A DNA stretch of 64,000 nt from Dehalococcoidia bacterium. Lineage in GTDB: Bacteria > Chloroflexota > Dehalococcoidia > Bin125. This document shows, piece after piece, positions 1-9,549 of this stretch; within the stretch, counting starts at the first letter, position 1, and every line of letters begins with the position of its first letter. The DNA lies in assembly GCA_963555985.3 (NCBI GenBank), contig OY820591.1, positions 3,040,001 through 3,104,000 on the forward strand, written 5' to 3'. Position numbers and translations under genes: made by a program. The notes below the pieces were generated by a model. The model worked only from the letters and a program-made list of their open reading frames with translations, was not told the origin of the DNA and ran no database searches.

Positions 1-910
1 CGGTCACGGCCCAGGCGGCGCGGTACATGATGAAGCGGGAGCCGTCGACGTCGGTGATCATGTCGGCGGCCTTGTGCTGGATCGCCTGGAAGGAGCCGAT
101 CGGGCGACCGAACTGGATGCGCTCCTTGGCGTAGTCGACCGAGATCTCGAAGTCGCGCTGGGCCAGACCGACGAGGTAGGCGCAGTAGGCGACGGTGTAA
201 TAGCGCTTGGCGACCTCGATGATCTGCCAGGCTCCGCCTTCGGGTCCCAGCAGCGCATCGGCGCCGACGCGGACGCCGTCGAGCTTGACCTCGCACTGCT
301 TGTCGGCGGCGATGGTCTGGAGGACGGTCGTGCTAAGGCCCTCGGCGTTGCCGGGGACGAGGAACATCGAGACGCCCTCATCGCCTTCGGAGCCGTCGGC
401 GCGAGCGACGACGAGGATGGTGTCGCTGACGTGGGCGTCGGGGATGAAGAGCTTGGTGCCGTTGAGCACGTAGCCGTCGCCGTCGGCCTCGGCGGTCGCT
501 TCGATGCCGGTGCTGTCGAAGCGGGCGGAGGGCTCGGTGAGGGCCAAGGTCATCACGTGCTGACCGGATGCGACAGCGGTGCAGTACTGCTGCTTCTGGG
601 CGTCGCTGCCGATCGCCTCGACGAAGGCCGAGGTGAGCACGGTATTAATGAACGGACCTGGCACGAGAGCGCGCCCGAATTCCTCGAGCAGGACGCAGAA
701 GTCGAGGAAGGTGAGACCTTCGCCGCCCAGGTCTTCGGCGGTCATCAGGCCCATCCAGCCCTGCTCGGCCATGCCGTTCCAGAGGTCGTCGGTGTAGCCG
801 CGCTCGTCCTCTTCCATGTCGCGGACGAGTTTTTCGGTGCATTCGTTGGTCAGGAAGTCGCGCGCGAAGTTCTTCAGCAGTTCCTGCTCTTCAGTCAGTC
901 CCAGGTCCAT
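1..910 (-). CDS. Acyl-CoA dehydrogenase family protein (3' end runs off the window)
   Basis: Not in the ORF track. The minus strand from ATG at 910 reads MDLGLTEEQELLKNFARDFL..., later YAKERIQFGRPIGSFQAIQHK, typical ACAD motifs. Confidence 0.92.
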   Translation of the reverse strand, partial: MDLGLTEEQELLKNFARDFLTNECTEKLVRDMEEDERGYTDDLWNGMAEQGWMGLMTAEDLGGEGLTFLDFCVLLEEFGRALVPGPFINTVLTSAFVEAIGSDAQKQQYCTAVASGQHVMTLALTEPSARFDSTGIEATAEADGDGYVLNGTKLFIPDAHVSDTILVVARADGSEGDEGVSMFLVPGNAEGLSTTVLQTIAADKQCEVKLDGVRVGADALLGPEGGAWQIIEVAKRYYTVAYCAYLVGLAQRDFEISVDYAKERIQFGRPIGSFQAIQHKAADMITDVDGSRFIMYRAAWAVT

Positions 911-1059
911 GGGTTCCTCTCCCTGGCGGATCGGTCGTCCGCCCAATTCTGCGCTGTGCAGCATGACCCCGCCCCACGGCGGGCAACGTGTTTGAGGCTA
1001 TCGGATAGGTGGATAGCGCGCTAGGGCAGAGACTTGCGCGGGGGCATTTGGGCGAGTCG

Positions 1060-1111
1060 CCTCCCCTGTCGCTATGTGACATCTCCCCCCCGCAGTGCGG
1101 GGGGAGAGGAG
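1060..1111 (-). repeat. REP-like palindromic element, family A (reverse orientation)
   Basis: ctcccctgtcgctatgtgacatctccccccc-gcagtgc-ggggggagag is an imperfect reverse complement of the copy at 17844-17895. Confidence 0.8.
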
Positions 1112-1277
1112 AGCGGAGGGGCGTGTTGAATTGAGACGATCTGTTAATTGGATTACAGTTCTGTCGTTTCGACTTGAGGTGCGGAACCTTAGTTCATTAG
1201 AGTGCAATGACCAGATAGGAAATTGGTTGCGCTGCGATTCACAGTAGCACGACCTCATGCGATTGGGAGCGCGTTCG

Positions 1278-1736
1278 ATGACGGAAGCGGTTGGCCTGGA
1301 TCACCAGCGGATCATTCCTTACCTGACCTACGCCGACGCGCCGGCGGCGATTGAGTGGCTTTGCCGGGTGTTCGGGTTCGAGGAAGTGCGGCGGATGCCG
1401 GTCGGGGATGGCCGGATCGGACATGCGGCGCTGAGCTTCAACGGGGATCAAGTCATGCTCGCTTCGGTGTTCGAGGAGGCGGGCACGTTCTCGCCCCGGG
1501 ATTTGCCGGGCATTCACCAACAGATCTCCGTCTATGTGGACGACGTTGACTCGCATTTCGCACGTGCTCAAGCCGAGGGAGCGGAGATTCTGGCGGAGCC
1601 GGAAGACCAGTTCTGGGGGACGCGCTCGTATTGGGCGCAGGACCTCGAAGGGCACCGCTGGACGTTTCAGCAGCAGCTTCGAGTGGTGAACGACGCCGAG
1701 GCCGCCGCCGCGATGGAGGCGGTTTCATCGCGCTAG
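1278..1736 (+). CDS. VOC/glyoxalase (PhnB-like) family protein, paralog 1
   Basis: IIPYLTYADAPAAIEWL...GHAAL...VYVDDVDSHF...PEDQFWGTRSY...DLEGHRW. Confidence 0.9.
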   Translation: MTEAVGLDHQRIIPYLTYADAPAAIEWLCRVFGFEEVRRMPVGDGRIGHAALSFNGDQVMLASVFEEAGTFSPRDLPGIHQQISVYVDDVDSHFARAQAEGAEILAEPEDQFWGTRSYWAQDLEGHRWTFQQQLRVVNDAEAAAAMEAVSSR

Positions 1737-1795
1737 CAGGTCTCGAACGAACCAGTAGATCGAGACGGCCCGGAGCCGTCGGAAAGGACAGGAAG

Positions 1796-2260
1796 ATGGT
1801 TCAGAACCCACCGGAAGGCAGCCAGCGGATCGTGCCGTACCTCAACTACTCGGATCCGAAAGCGGTGATCGAGTTCTTGATCGACGCATTCGGCTTTGAG
1901 CAAGGTCTGCTGATCGAGGGCCCCGATGATTCGATCGGCCACTGCGAACTGCTGCTGGGCGGCGAAACAGTGATGCTGTCCAGTGAGTTCGCCGAGGGCG
2001 GCTTGAGCAGCCCGAAGTCGTTGGGCGGCGTTCATGCCTCGGTCATGGTCTACGTCGATGACGTCGATGCGCACTGCGAACAGGCCAGGGAGGCCGGCGC
2101 GCAGATCGTGCAGGAGCCGGCTGACCAGTTCTATGGCGATCGCACCTACCGCGCGCTCGATCCCGAGGGCGTGGGCTGGGACTTCCATCAGCATGTGCGC
2201 GATGTCACACCGGAAGAGATGGCCGCCGCAGCCGCAGCGATGGCTGAGATGGGTGAGTGA
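1796..2260 (+). CDS. VOC/glyoxalase family protein, paralog 2
   Basis: ATG at 1796 after a purine-rich RBS; IVPYLNY...YVDDVDAHC...PADQFYGDRTYRALDPEG. Confidence 0.9.
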   Translation: MVQNPPEGSQRIVPYLNYSDPKAVIEFLIDAFGFEQGLLIEGPDDSIGHCELLLGGETVMLSSEFAEGGLSSPKSLGGVHASVMVYVDDVDAHCEQAREAGAQIVQEPADQFYGDRTYRALDPEGVGWDFHQHVRDVTPEEMAAAAAAMAEMGE

Positions 2261-2264
2261 GATC

Positions 2265-2723
2265 ATGACGGAACCAGCACCAGCGGCGGCGCAGGGGGTT
2301 GTGCCGCAGTTGTCCTACGACGACGCGCCGGCGGCGATTGAGTTTCTCTGCCGGGCGTTCGGGTTTGAAGAGGACTATCGGCTGGAGATGCCGGGCGGCA
2401 GCATTGGTCACGCCGAACTGCACTGCAACGGGGCCAGGATCGCGCTGGCCTCGCACTGGCCGGAGGGCGGGCTCGGCAGCCCGCGCTCGCTGCCGCATCT
2501 GCACGCCTGCTACATGCTCTACGTCGACGATGTCGATGCGCACTACGAGCGGGCGAAGGCGGAGGGCGCGGAGATCATCCAGGAGCCTGAGGATCAGTTC
2601 TTCGGCGACCGGACCTATCGGGCGCACGACCTCGAGGGCCACCGCTGGTGGTTCCACCAGCATCTGCTCGAGGTCTCGCCCGAGGAGATGAACGCCGCGA
2701 TCGAGGCAATGGCGTCGGAGTAG
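2265..2723 (+). CDS. VOC/glyoxalase family protein, paralog 3
   Basis: ATG at 2265; VVPQLSYDDAPAAIEFL...PEDQFFGDRTYRAHDLEGHRW. Confidence 0.9.
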   Translation: MTEPAPAAAQGVVPQLSYDDAPAAIEFLCRAFGFEEDYRLEMPGGSIGHAELHCNGARIALASHWPEGGLGSPRSLPHLHACYMLYVDDVDAHYERAKAEGAEIIQEPEDQFFGDRTYRAHDLEGHRWWFHQHLLEVSPEEMNAAIEAMASE

Positions 2724-2741
2724 CGCCGGCGAAGGCTACGC

Positions 2742-3587
2742 CTACTCTCCGTAGACGACTCGGTGCGTGGCCTCAACCCGCACCACTACGCCCTCGGTGA
2801 GGTCGTAACCGTCGTCGCGCTCGTCCGGGTACTTGTCCAGCTTCCAGTAGAGCGGGGTGAGTTCGTCGAGCATCTGATGCCCCTCTACTGCTGTCAACGT
2901 CGCGCGGCCGCGCACTTCTGTGTAGCGGTAGGGGTTCGCTTCGTCGTGGATGCTCACGGCGATCGCGGGATTGCGGCGCAGGTGCAGCGTCTTCAGGGTC
3001 GTCGGCATCGTCCAGAACTCGATGTCGTCCTCGCCGCCGCCGGAAGCGCGTCGGTGCCAGACGACCGAGGATCGCGGCTGACCAGTCGAGCTGACCGTCG
3101 CAATGTGGGCGAAGTGGGGCGGGTTCAGCAGGTCGGTGCCCGGCTCCGGCGGATCGACCACTTCTTCGGGCGTGAAGTCGAGCGTGACCGCGCGCTCGAC
3201 GCTGACCGTGACGCCCCAGCCGTCGGCTGAGCCTTCACCCTTGTTGGGGTAGTCCACGCCGATGTAGCTGCGGGAGATCTCGTCGACGTCGTCCCAGGAG
3301 GTGCGGGGCGAGAGCGAGGCCGTACCAACGATCTCCAGCGTGCGATAGGGGTTCGAGGCGTCGTGGACGGAGATGGCGACGCGCGGCTCGCGCTGCATGT
3401 TGAGCGACTTGCGGTAGCGCTGACCGGTCACGAAGTAGACCGACGACACCGATCCATCGGGATTGACGGTTTCGGGCCGGAACCAGACGACCGAAGATTG
3501 AGGCGAATCGTCGCGGTTGACGGTGACGATGTGAGCGAAGTGGGGCGCGCCGCAGAGGTCGGCGAATTCGGGCGGGACGGTTGCCAT
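2742..3587 (-). CDS. PPOX-class (likely F420-dependent) oxidoreductase with two tandem split-barrel domains
   Basis: Two copies of PHFAHI(V/A)TV..G.P.SSVVW...K...(L/M).R.P.(V/I)A.S.HD..NPYR..E(I/V).G.A. Confidence 0.85.
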   Translation of the reverse strand: MATVPPEFADLCGAPHFAHIVTVNRDDSPQSSVVWFRPETVNPDGSVSSVYFVTGQRYRKSLNMQREPRVAISVHDASNPYRTLEIVGTASLSPRTSWDDVDEISRSYIGVDYPNKGEGSADGWGVTVSVERAVTLDFTPEEVVDPPEPGTDLLNPPHFAHIATVSSTGQPRSSVVWHRRASGGGEDDIEFWTMPTTLKTLHLRRNPAIAVSIHDEANPYRYTEVRGRATLTAVEGHQMLDELTPLYWKLDKYPDERDDGYDLTEGVVVRVEATHRVVYGE

Positions 3588-3624
3588 GGGGATCTCCTAT
3601 ACGGCGCGGGGTCAGGATCGGCGG

Positions 3625-4449
3625 TCAGCCGACGCGGTGGGTCGTCTCCACCCGGATTGCGACACTGTTCATCTCGCTCACGTCCATGGGGAACTCGTCC
3701 AGCTTCCAGTAGAGCTGCGTCAACTCGTCGGCCATCCGGCGCCCGTCGATCGGGGTGATCTGCGCCTGTCCCCGCAGCTCGGTGTAGCGGTAGGGGTCGA
3801 CCTCGTCGTGGATGCTGACGGCGATCGCGGGGTTGTTGCGCAGGTGCCTGGTCTTGAGCGTTTCGGCGCTGGTCCAGAACTCGATATCGTTCTCGCCACC
3901 GCCCTCAGGTCGTCGGTGCCAGACCACGGATGAGCGTGGCTGACCGGTCGAACTGACCGTGGCGATGTGGGCGAAGTGAGGCGGGCTGAGCAGATCGGAG
4001 CCGGAGGCAGGGGGATCGACGGAGGGCGGTTGCGGGCCGTCGTTGGGCAGGGTGACGCGGTCGATCTCGACGGTCACGTGCCAGCCGGCGGGATCGTCGC
4101 CCTTGAAGGGGTAGTCGCGACCCATGTACTGGTTTGAGAGTGCGTCGAGCGCGTCCCACGAAGTGCGCGGCTCCATCGAAGCGGTGCCGACGATCTCGAG
4201 CATTCGGTAGGGCTGGTCGGCGCCGTGGATCGAGAGCGCCACGCGCGGCTCGCGCTGCATATTGAGCGCCTTGCGGTAGCGCAGCCCGGTGACGAAGAAG
4301 ATCGATTCGACTGCGCCGTTGTCGGCGACGCGCTCGGGCCGGATCCAGATCGGCGAGGACTGCGGCGAGCCGTCGCGGTTGACGGTGACGAGGTGAGCGA
4401 AGTGAGGCGCGCCGACGAGGTCGGCGTGTTCGGCTGGGACAGATGCCAT
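3625..4449 (-). CDS. PPOX-class (likely F420-dependent) oxidoreductase, two-domain paralog
   Basis: Same duplicated motif set; closely similar to 2742-3587. Confidence 0.85.
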   Translation of the reverse strand: MASVPAEHADLVGAPHFAHLVTVNRDGSPQSSPIWIRPERVADNGAVESIFFVTGLRYRKALNMQREPRVALSIHGADQPYRMLEIVGTASMEPRTSWDALDALSNQYMGRDYPFKGDDPAGWHVTVEIDRVTLPNDGPQPPSVDPPASGSDLLSPPHFAHIATVSSTGQPRSSVVWHRRPEGGGENDIEFWTSAETLKTRHLRNNPAIAVSIHDEVDPYRYTELRGQAQITPIDGRRMADELTQLYWKLDEFPMDVSEMNSVAIRVETTHRVG

Positions 4450-4522
4450 GGGTCAGTCCTTTGCAAATCGCAGAGGCGGGGCCATAACCCCGCCTCTGTG
4501 GCTGTTTCTGACCGATTGATGC

Positions 4523-6166
4523 CTAGCGGCTGAGGGTCGCCGAGTAGCCGCCGAAGCGGGCTTGGCCGGGCATGGCGTGCTGCTCGACCTCGACGTTGAC
4601 GACGGCGGGCAGGCCGGATTCCATCGCCCGCTCGATCGCAGGGCCGATCTCTTCGGGCTTGGTCACGTGCTCGCCGTGTCCGCCGAGCGCGACCGCGATG
4701 TCCTCGTAGCGCTGTCCGTAACCGAGCGGTCGGCCTGGCGTGTCGTTCGAGCCTGCGGTCCAACCGGCGTTGTTCGAGATCACGATCGTGCCCGGCAGGT
4801 TGTGCCGGACCATCGTATCGATCTCCTGGCAGTTCATCAGGAACGAGCCGTCGCCGACGAAGCCGATCACCTGCCGCTCCGGGGCGGCGGCCTTGGCTCC
4901 GAGCACGTAGGGCAGGCCCACGCCCATGCAGCCGTTGGGGCCGGGGTTGAGCCGGCCGCCCTCGGCGTAGGAGGGGATGTACTGGCGCGCGAAGGCCAGC
5001 GTCGCATTGCCGTCAACGCAGACGATCGCGTCGCGATCCATGCGCTGCACGACCTCGTCGGCCAGGCGCAGCGGGTGAATCGGCACGGTGGACGAGTGCG
5101 CCTGTTCGAGCGACTGCTGGCGGCGGTTGTCGTCCGACTCGCGCAGTTCGGCGAGCCAGCCGGTCGGCCCGGTGAGGCCGGCCTCTTTGGCGGCCGCGGT
5201 CAACGCGACCAGCGCGCGCTTGGCGTCGGCGACCATGCCCACTGCCGCTTCCTTGTTGTGACCGATCTCAGTCGGGTCGGTGTCGACGTGGATCACCTTG
5301 AGGTCGGGCGCCCAGCGCGGGGGCAGACCGGAGCCGACGACGAAGTTGAGGCGGGTACCCACGACGAGCGCCACGTCTGCCTCGCGGAACGCCTTGCTGC
5401 GAGCAGCGATGAAGCAGAGGTCGTGGTCCTCGGGGACGACGCCGCGACCCTGTGGGGTCGTGTAGAAGGGGATGCTGGTCGTCTCGACGAACTCTTGGAG
5501 TTCAGCCGAGGCATCTGACCAGAAGATGCCGGTGCCGGTCAGCACGATCGGGCGCTCGGCCTTGGACAGCAACTCAATCGCTTCCGTGACCTGGTCGGGG
5601 TCGGCGCCCGGTCGGGAGCGTGCCGCGCCTGCGTCGGGGAACCAGACGGTCTCGTCGTCCGACTGCTGGTAGAGGGTGTCGCCAGGTAGATCGAGATAGG
5701 TCGGGCCGGGCTTGGGTCCCTGCGCCTCGCGGTAGGCGAGGTTGAAGAACTCGGGCATCCGCGCCGAGTGCGTCACACGGCTGGCCCAGCGAGTGACCGG
5801 TACCGCCATCGCCAGCTGGTCGTACTCCTGGAAGTCGTCCCGCTCGAATGACGAGAACGCCGCCGCGCCACCCAGGGCGACCATCGGTACGCCGTCGAGG
5901 TAGGCGTTGGCGACGCCGGTGAGCAGGTTGGTCGTGGCCGGTCCGGAAGCGGCCATGCAGACGCCGGGCAGGCGCTTGACGCGGGCGTAGCCGTGCGCGG
6001 CCATCGCTGCACCCTGCTCGTGTCGGCAGTCAATTGTGCGGATGCCGTGCTCGGCGGCGAAGCCGGCGGCCTCAATGATCGGGCCGCCCATGATGTAGAA
6101 GAGGTCCTCAACCCCCTCGTTCACCATCTGGCGGGCAAGCAGTTCGGAGCCCATCTGGTCGGGCAT
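4523..6166 (-). CDS. Thiamine diphosphate-dependent enzyme (2-hydroxyacyl-CoA lyase / oxalyl-CoA decarboxylase-like)
   Basis: CRHEQGAAMAA, SGPATTN, GCMGVGLPY, and the GDGSF...NN TPP-binding motif. Confidence 0.9.
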   Translation of the reverse strand: MPDQMGSELLARQMVNEGVEDLFYIMGGPIIEAAGFAAEHGIRTIDCRHEQGAAMAAHGYARVKRLPGVCMAASGPATTNLLTGVANAYLDGVPMVALGGAAAFSSFERDDFQEYDQLAMAVPVTRWASRVTHSARMPEFFNLAYREAQGPKPGPTYLDLPGDTLYQQSDDETVWFPDAGAARSRPGADPDQVTEAIELLSKAERPIVLTGTGIFWSDASAELQEFVETTSIPFYTTPQGRGVVPEDHDLCFIAARSKAFREADVALVVGTRLNFVVGSGLPPRWAPDLKVIHVDTDPTEIGHNKEAAVGMVADAKRALVALTAAAKEAGLTGPTGWLAELRESDDNRRQQSLEQAHSSTVPIHPLRLADEVVQRMDRDAIVCVDGNATLAFARQYIPSYAEGGRLNPGPNGCMGVGLPYVLGAKAAAPERQVIGFVGDGSFLMNCQEIDTMVRHNLPGTIVISNNAGWTAGSNDTPGRPLGYGQRYEDIAVALGGHGEHVTKPEEIGPAIERAMESGLPAVVNVEVEQHAMPGQARFGGYSATLSR

Positions 6167-6213
6167 CGTTTGGTCCTCTCTGATATCTCCCGGCGCGGCG
6201 CGCCAGTCTGGAT

Positions 6214-6504
6214 CTAGTCGTCGACGTCGTACCGGTGCAGGACCGGGCGTCCTGTCAGAAACTCTCGGATTCCCGCCATCCCCGCCATTGCCTGCGAGGT
6301 TCCGTGCGCGGTCAGGTCTGCTTCCGTGGCCCAGTTCTCGAAGAGCAGGTAGCGCGTGCCGTCATCGACGCTGCGGAAGAGGTCGTAGTTGTTGCAGCCG
6401 GCGTCTTCCGCCTTGACCTTGGCGGTCGCTCCCGCCATGAAGGTCTCAAAGGCCTCGTTCTGGCCTTCCCCGATCGTGAATTCGACGGTCAATCCGATAG
6501 CCAT
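6214..6504 (-). CDS. Antibiotic biosynthesis monooxygenase (ABM) / putative quinol monooxygenase
   Basis: EDAGCNNYDLFRS...YLLFENWATEADLTAH; 96 aa; RBS gggag. Confidence 0.85.
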   Translation of the reverse strand: MAIGLTVEFTIGEGQNEAFETFMAGATAKVKAEDAGCNNYDLFRSVDDGTRYLLFENWATEADLTAHGTSQAMAGMAGIREFLTGRPVLHRYDVDD

Positions 6505-6563
6505 GCGGTACTCCCTCTGCGTTTGCTGAGACTGTCAAGCGGCTGCGCGAATAATAGCGGTCT

Positions 6564-7397
6564 ATGCTGCGAGCCATGCTGGAATTGCTGCGGATGGACG
6601 GCAAGCGGGCGATCGTGACCGGGGCCGGTCGCGGTCTGGGCCGTCAGATGGCGCTGCATCTCGCCGACGCGGGCGCTGATGTGGTCTGCGCAGCCCGCAC
6701 CGAAGCCCAGATCGCCTCAGTCGCCGCAGAGATCGAGGCGCGAGGACGCAAAGCGCTCGTGATCCCCACCGACGTCACCGATTCCTCGCAGGTGGACGCG
6801 CTAGTTGACCGCACAATTGCTGAATGGGGCGGTTTCGAGGTGATGATCGCGAATGCTGGCGGCGGCGGCTCGTCCGCCGGCAAACACGTGACCCAAGTCT
6901 CGGACGCCGACTGGCGCGACACGGTTGACATCAATTTCTCCAGTGCCTTTTACTGCGCCCGCGCCGCCGCCCGTCATTTCCAAGAGCGCGGCGGCGGCAA
7001 CATCATCACGGTCGCCTCGGGCACCGCCCTGCGCGGCGACGCGCGGCTGATCGTCTACGGCGCGGCTAAGGCGGGCGTGATCACGCTCACGCAGGCGCTC
7101 GCTACCCAGCTCGCGCGTGAGCAGATCCGCGTCAACTGCATCGTGCCCGGCTTTGTGCTCCAGCGAACCCTGCATGAATCCGAAGAGATCGAGCTAGCCC
7201 GCAATCAGGGATCACGCATTCCGGTTGGTCGCGTGGGTGAAGCGTGGGAGTTGGGGCCGCTGGCGGTCTACCTCGCCTCCGACGCATCGGCCTACGTCAC
7301 CGGCGAGGCGTTCGTGATCGACGGCGGCGGCTTAGCCGGAGGTCTGGCTCCAACCGGTTGGGACATCACCAGCGGGATTGGCGGAGTATCGAGATGA
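6564..7397 (+). CDS. SDR family oxidoreductase (canonical)
   Basis: TGAGRGLG, ANAGG, YGAAK. Start may be 6576. Confidence 0.92.
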   Translation: MLRAMLELLRMDGKRAIVTGAGRGLGRQMALHLADAGADVVCAARTEAQIASVAAEIEARGRKALVIPTDVTDSSQVDALVDRTIAEWGGFEVMIANAGGGGSSAGKHVTQVSDADWRDTVDINFSSAFYCARAAARHFQERGGGNIITVASGTALRGDARLIVYGAAKAGVITLTQALATQLAREQIRVNCIVPGFVLQRTLHESEEIELARNQGSRIPVGRVGEAWELGPLAVYLASDASAYVTGEAFVIDGGGLAGGLAPTGWDITSGIGGVSR

Positions 7398-8188
7398 GCG
7401 ATCGCAATCCGCTGCCGCCGCCCGCAGTGGCCGCAGGCAAACTGCAAGGCTTTGACCTGAGCGGACGGCGCGTGATCGTCTACGGAGCCGAGCGTCCCGC
7501 CGCCGCTGCTGCGGTCGAAGCCTTGCGGGAGGCGGGAGCGCTGGTCGGCGTGACCAGCGCCGCCACCGACGGCACATCGCTCTTCCGGCTCAAGAAAGCC
7601 GCAGCCGGCGGCCCCACCGAAGCCGTGGATCTCGCCAACGGCACCAATGTGCAAGTGGCGACGCGCAAACTGAGCAAGGAGCTCGGCGGCCTCGACGCGG
7701 CGATCGTCGCGCCCGGCCTCTGGCACACCGGCCCGATCACGAAGACGCTCGATGCCGATGTCCAGCGCGTGCTGGCCGCCAATCTGGGCGGGGTCTACGC
7801 CGCCTTCCGCAGCGCCAGCCGTGAGTTTCGCGGCGGCCCCGGCCGTCTGCTCGCGCTGCTTGACGCGCCCGCCGTCAGAGGCCTCACCAACCTCAGTCTC
7901 TACGCCGCCTCCCAGGCAGGCGTGATCGGCCTCGTGCGCGCGCTGAGCCAGGAACACGCCCCCAACGGGATCACGGTCAACGCGATCGTCAGCGGTTGGA
8001 CGGATGCGAGCGTGGGCCGAGGCCCGACCGCGGTCGAGGACAACCTGCTGCTGCGCTTCATCCCCTTGCGCCGCTTCGGAACGGGGGAGGACGTAGCGCC
8101 GCTGGCGGTCTATCTGGTGGGCGGGGCAAGCGGCTACGTGACGGGTCAGGTGTTCCAGGTGGACGGCGGGGTCTTGAAGCATCTGTAG
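7394..8188 (+). CDS. SDR-fold protein with degenerate cofactor and catalytic motifs
   Basis: ATGA overlap with the upstream SDR; YGAERPAA replaces TGxxxGxG; YAASQ replaces YxxxK; C-terminal YVTGQVFQVDGG. Confidence 0.85.
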   Translation: MSDRNPLPPPAVAAGKLQGFDLSGRRVIVYGAERPAAAAAVEALREAGALVGVTSAATDGTSLFRLKKAAAGGPTEAVDLANGTNVQVATRKLSKELGGLDAAIVAPGLWHTGPITKTLDADVQRVLAANLGGVYAAFRSASREFRGGPGRLLALLDAPAVRGLTNLSLYAASQAGVIGLVRALSQEHAPNGITVNAIVSGWTDASVGRGPTAVEDNLLLRFIPLRRFGTGEDVAPLAVYLVGGASGYVTGQVFQVDGGVLKHL

Positions 8189-8295
8189 ACCGTCAAAGGC
8201 GACCTGGATTCGATCCCGATCCAGTCGTTATCGCGCACGCAAAACAAAGGATATGACGTAAACTTATTCTCGCTGCGTGATCGGACAAAGGAACT

Positions 8296-9495
8296 ATGCG
8301 CGGTCGTCTAGTGCATCAGGTCTGGCAGAGCGAGCCGTCCTCCCTTGCGCCCCGGCGCTTCCGTCGGGAGTGCGGCTACGAAGCGTTCATCCCTGACTCG
8401 CTCGATGTGGCGCAATTTCGCTTGCCGATCGACGTCGCCGCAGATCTCGCTGACGCCGAGAGCGCGATCCAGCGGTTGCAGCAGCACGACGACCGCTTGC
8501 TCGATCCGCTCGCACACCTGCTCATGCGGACTGAGTCGATCGCATCGTCACGGATCGAAGGGATACAGGTCGACGCCCGTCAACTCGCCCGTGCGGAGGC
8601 CCGCTTGCGCGTCGGGCGGCGCGTTGGCGCCCAAGCCCGCGAAGTCATCGACAACATCGAAGCAATGCAGCTCGCAATTGGGGATGCGGCGAAGGTCGAA
8701 CAACTGAGCACTCGCGAGTTGCTCAGCGTCCATCACACGCTCATGCGGCGGCGATTGCAGTCCGCGGGCCGGATACGCACATCGCAGAACTGGATCAGCG
8801 GCAACGACTACAACCCGTGCGGCGCTGACTACGTGCCCCCACCCGCCGAGTACGTCGCTGAGTTGATGGATAACCTTTGCGCGTTCTGCAATTCCGACGA
8901 GGTTCCGCCGCTCTTTCAGGCAGCAGTCGCTCATGCACAATTTGAGACGATTCACCCATTCGAGGACGGCAATGGTCGTACCGGGCGCGCCCTCGTCCAC
9001 ATTTTGCTGCGGCGACGCGGGCTCGCGCCGAATATCGCGCCTCCGATCAGCGTGGCGCTCTCGCTCAACCGTCGTGCCTACATCGGCGGGCTGACCGCGT
9101 TCCGCGCCGATGACCTTGACACATGGCTGCTGCAGTTTGTCACCGCTGCGGGGCGAAGTGTGCAGCTTGCGGAGCATTACCGCGCGTCAGTGACCGAGCT
9201 GCTGACCGACTGGCGTCAGCGGCTGCGCGCCGGTGCGAATCCCCGCTCCGACGCGGCCGCCTGGATGATCATTGATGCGCTGCCGGCATATCCGGTCCTG
9301 AACCGCGCCGATGCGACTGACCTCACTGGACGCAGCCTGCCAGCAGTCGATCATGCGCTACGACAGCTTGAGACAGCGGGCGTACTGATTCCCGTGCGTC
9401 ACGACTCTCCCAGCCGCCGAAGCTGGGAGCCCGCTGGTCTCTTGGATCTCATCACCGCTCTTGAGTCGGGCGAGTCCATCGCGCCGCGAGCGTGA
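8296..9495 (+). CDS. Fic family protein
   Basis: Canonical HPFEDGNGRTGR motif; ESIASSRIEG; C-terminal HTH-like region. Confidence 0.93.
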   Translation: MRGRLVHQVWQSEPSSLAPRRFRRECGYEAFIPDSLDVAQFRLPIDVAADLADAESAIQRLQQHDDRLLDPLAHLLMRTESIASSRIEGIQVDARQLARAEARLRVGRRVGAQAREVIDNIEAMQLAIGDAAKVEQLSTRELLSVHHTLMRRRLQSAGRIRTSQNWISGNDYNPCGADYVPPPAEYVAELMDNLCAFCNSDEVPPLFQAAVAHAQFETIHPFEDGNGRTGRALVHILLRRRGLAPNIAPPISVALSLNRRAYIGGLTAFRADDLDTWLLQFVTAAGRSVQLAEHYRASVTELLTDWRQRLRAGANPRSDAAAWMIIDALPAYPVLNRADATDLTGRSLPAVDHALRQLETAGVLIPVRHDSPSRRSWEPAGLLDLITALESGESIAPRA

Positions 9496-9549
9496 GCGAG
9501 TCCCTTAGACTGACCCCACCGACCTCTACTGATAGCCAGGAGACCCCTC

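Noticed and set aside
74-1024. 316-aa + strand ORF
   Set aside because: Antisense shadow of the acyl-CoA dehydrogenase on the - strand.
1112-1256. AT-richer stretch, possible ncRNA or riboswitch
   Set aside because: No recognisable conserved structure; more likely a promoter region or decayed DNA. An Rfam scan would settle it.
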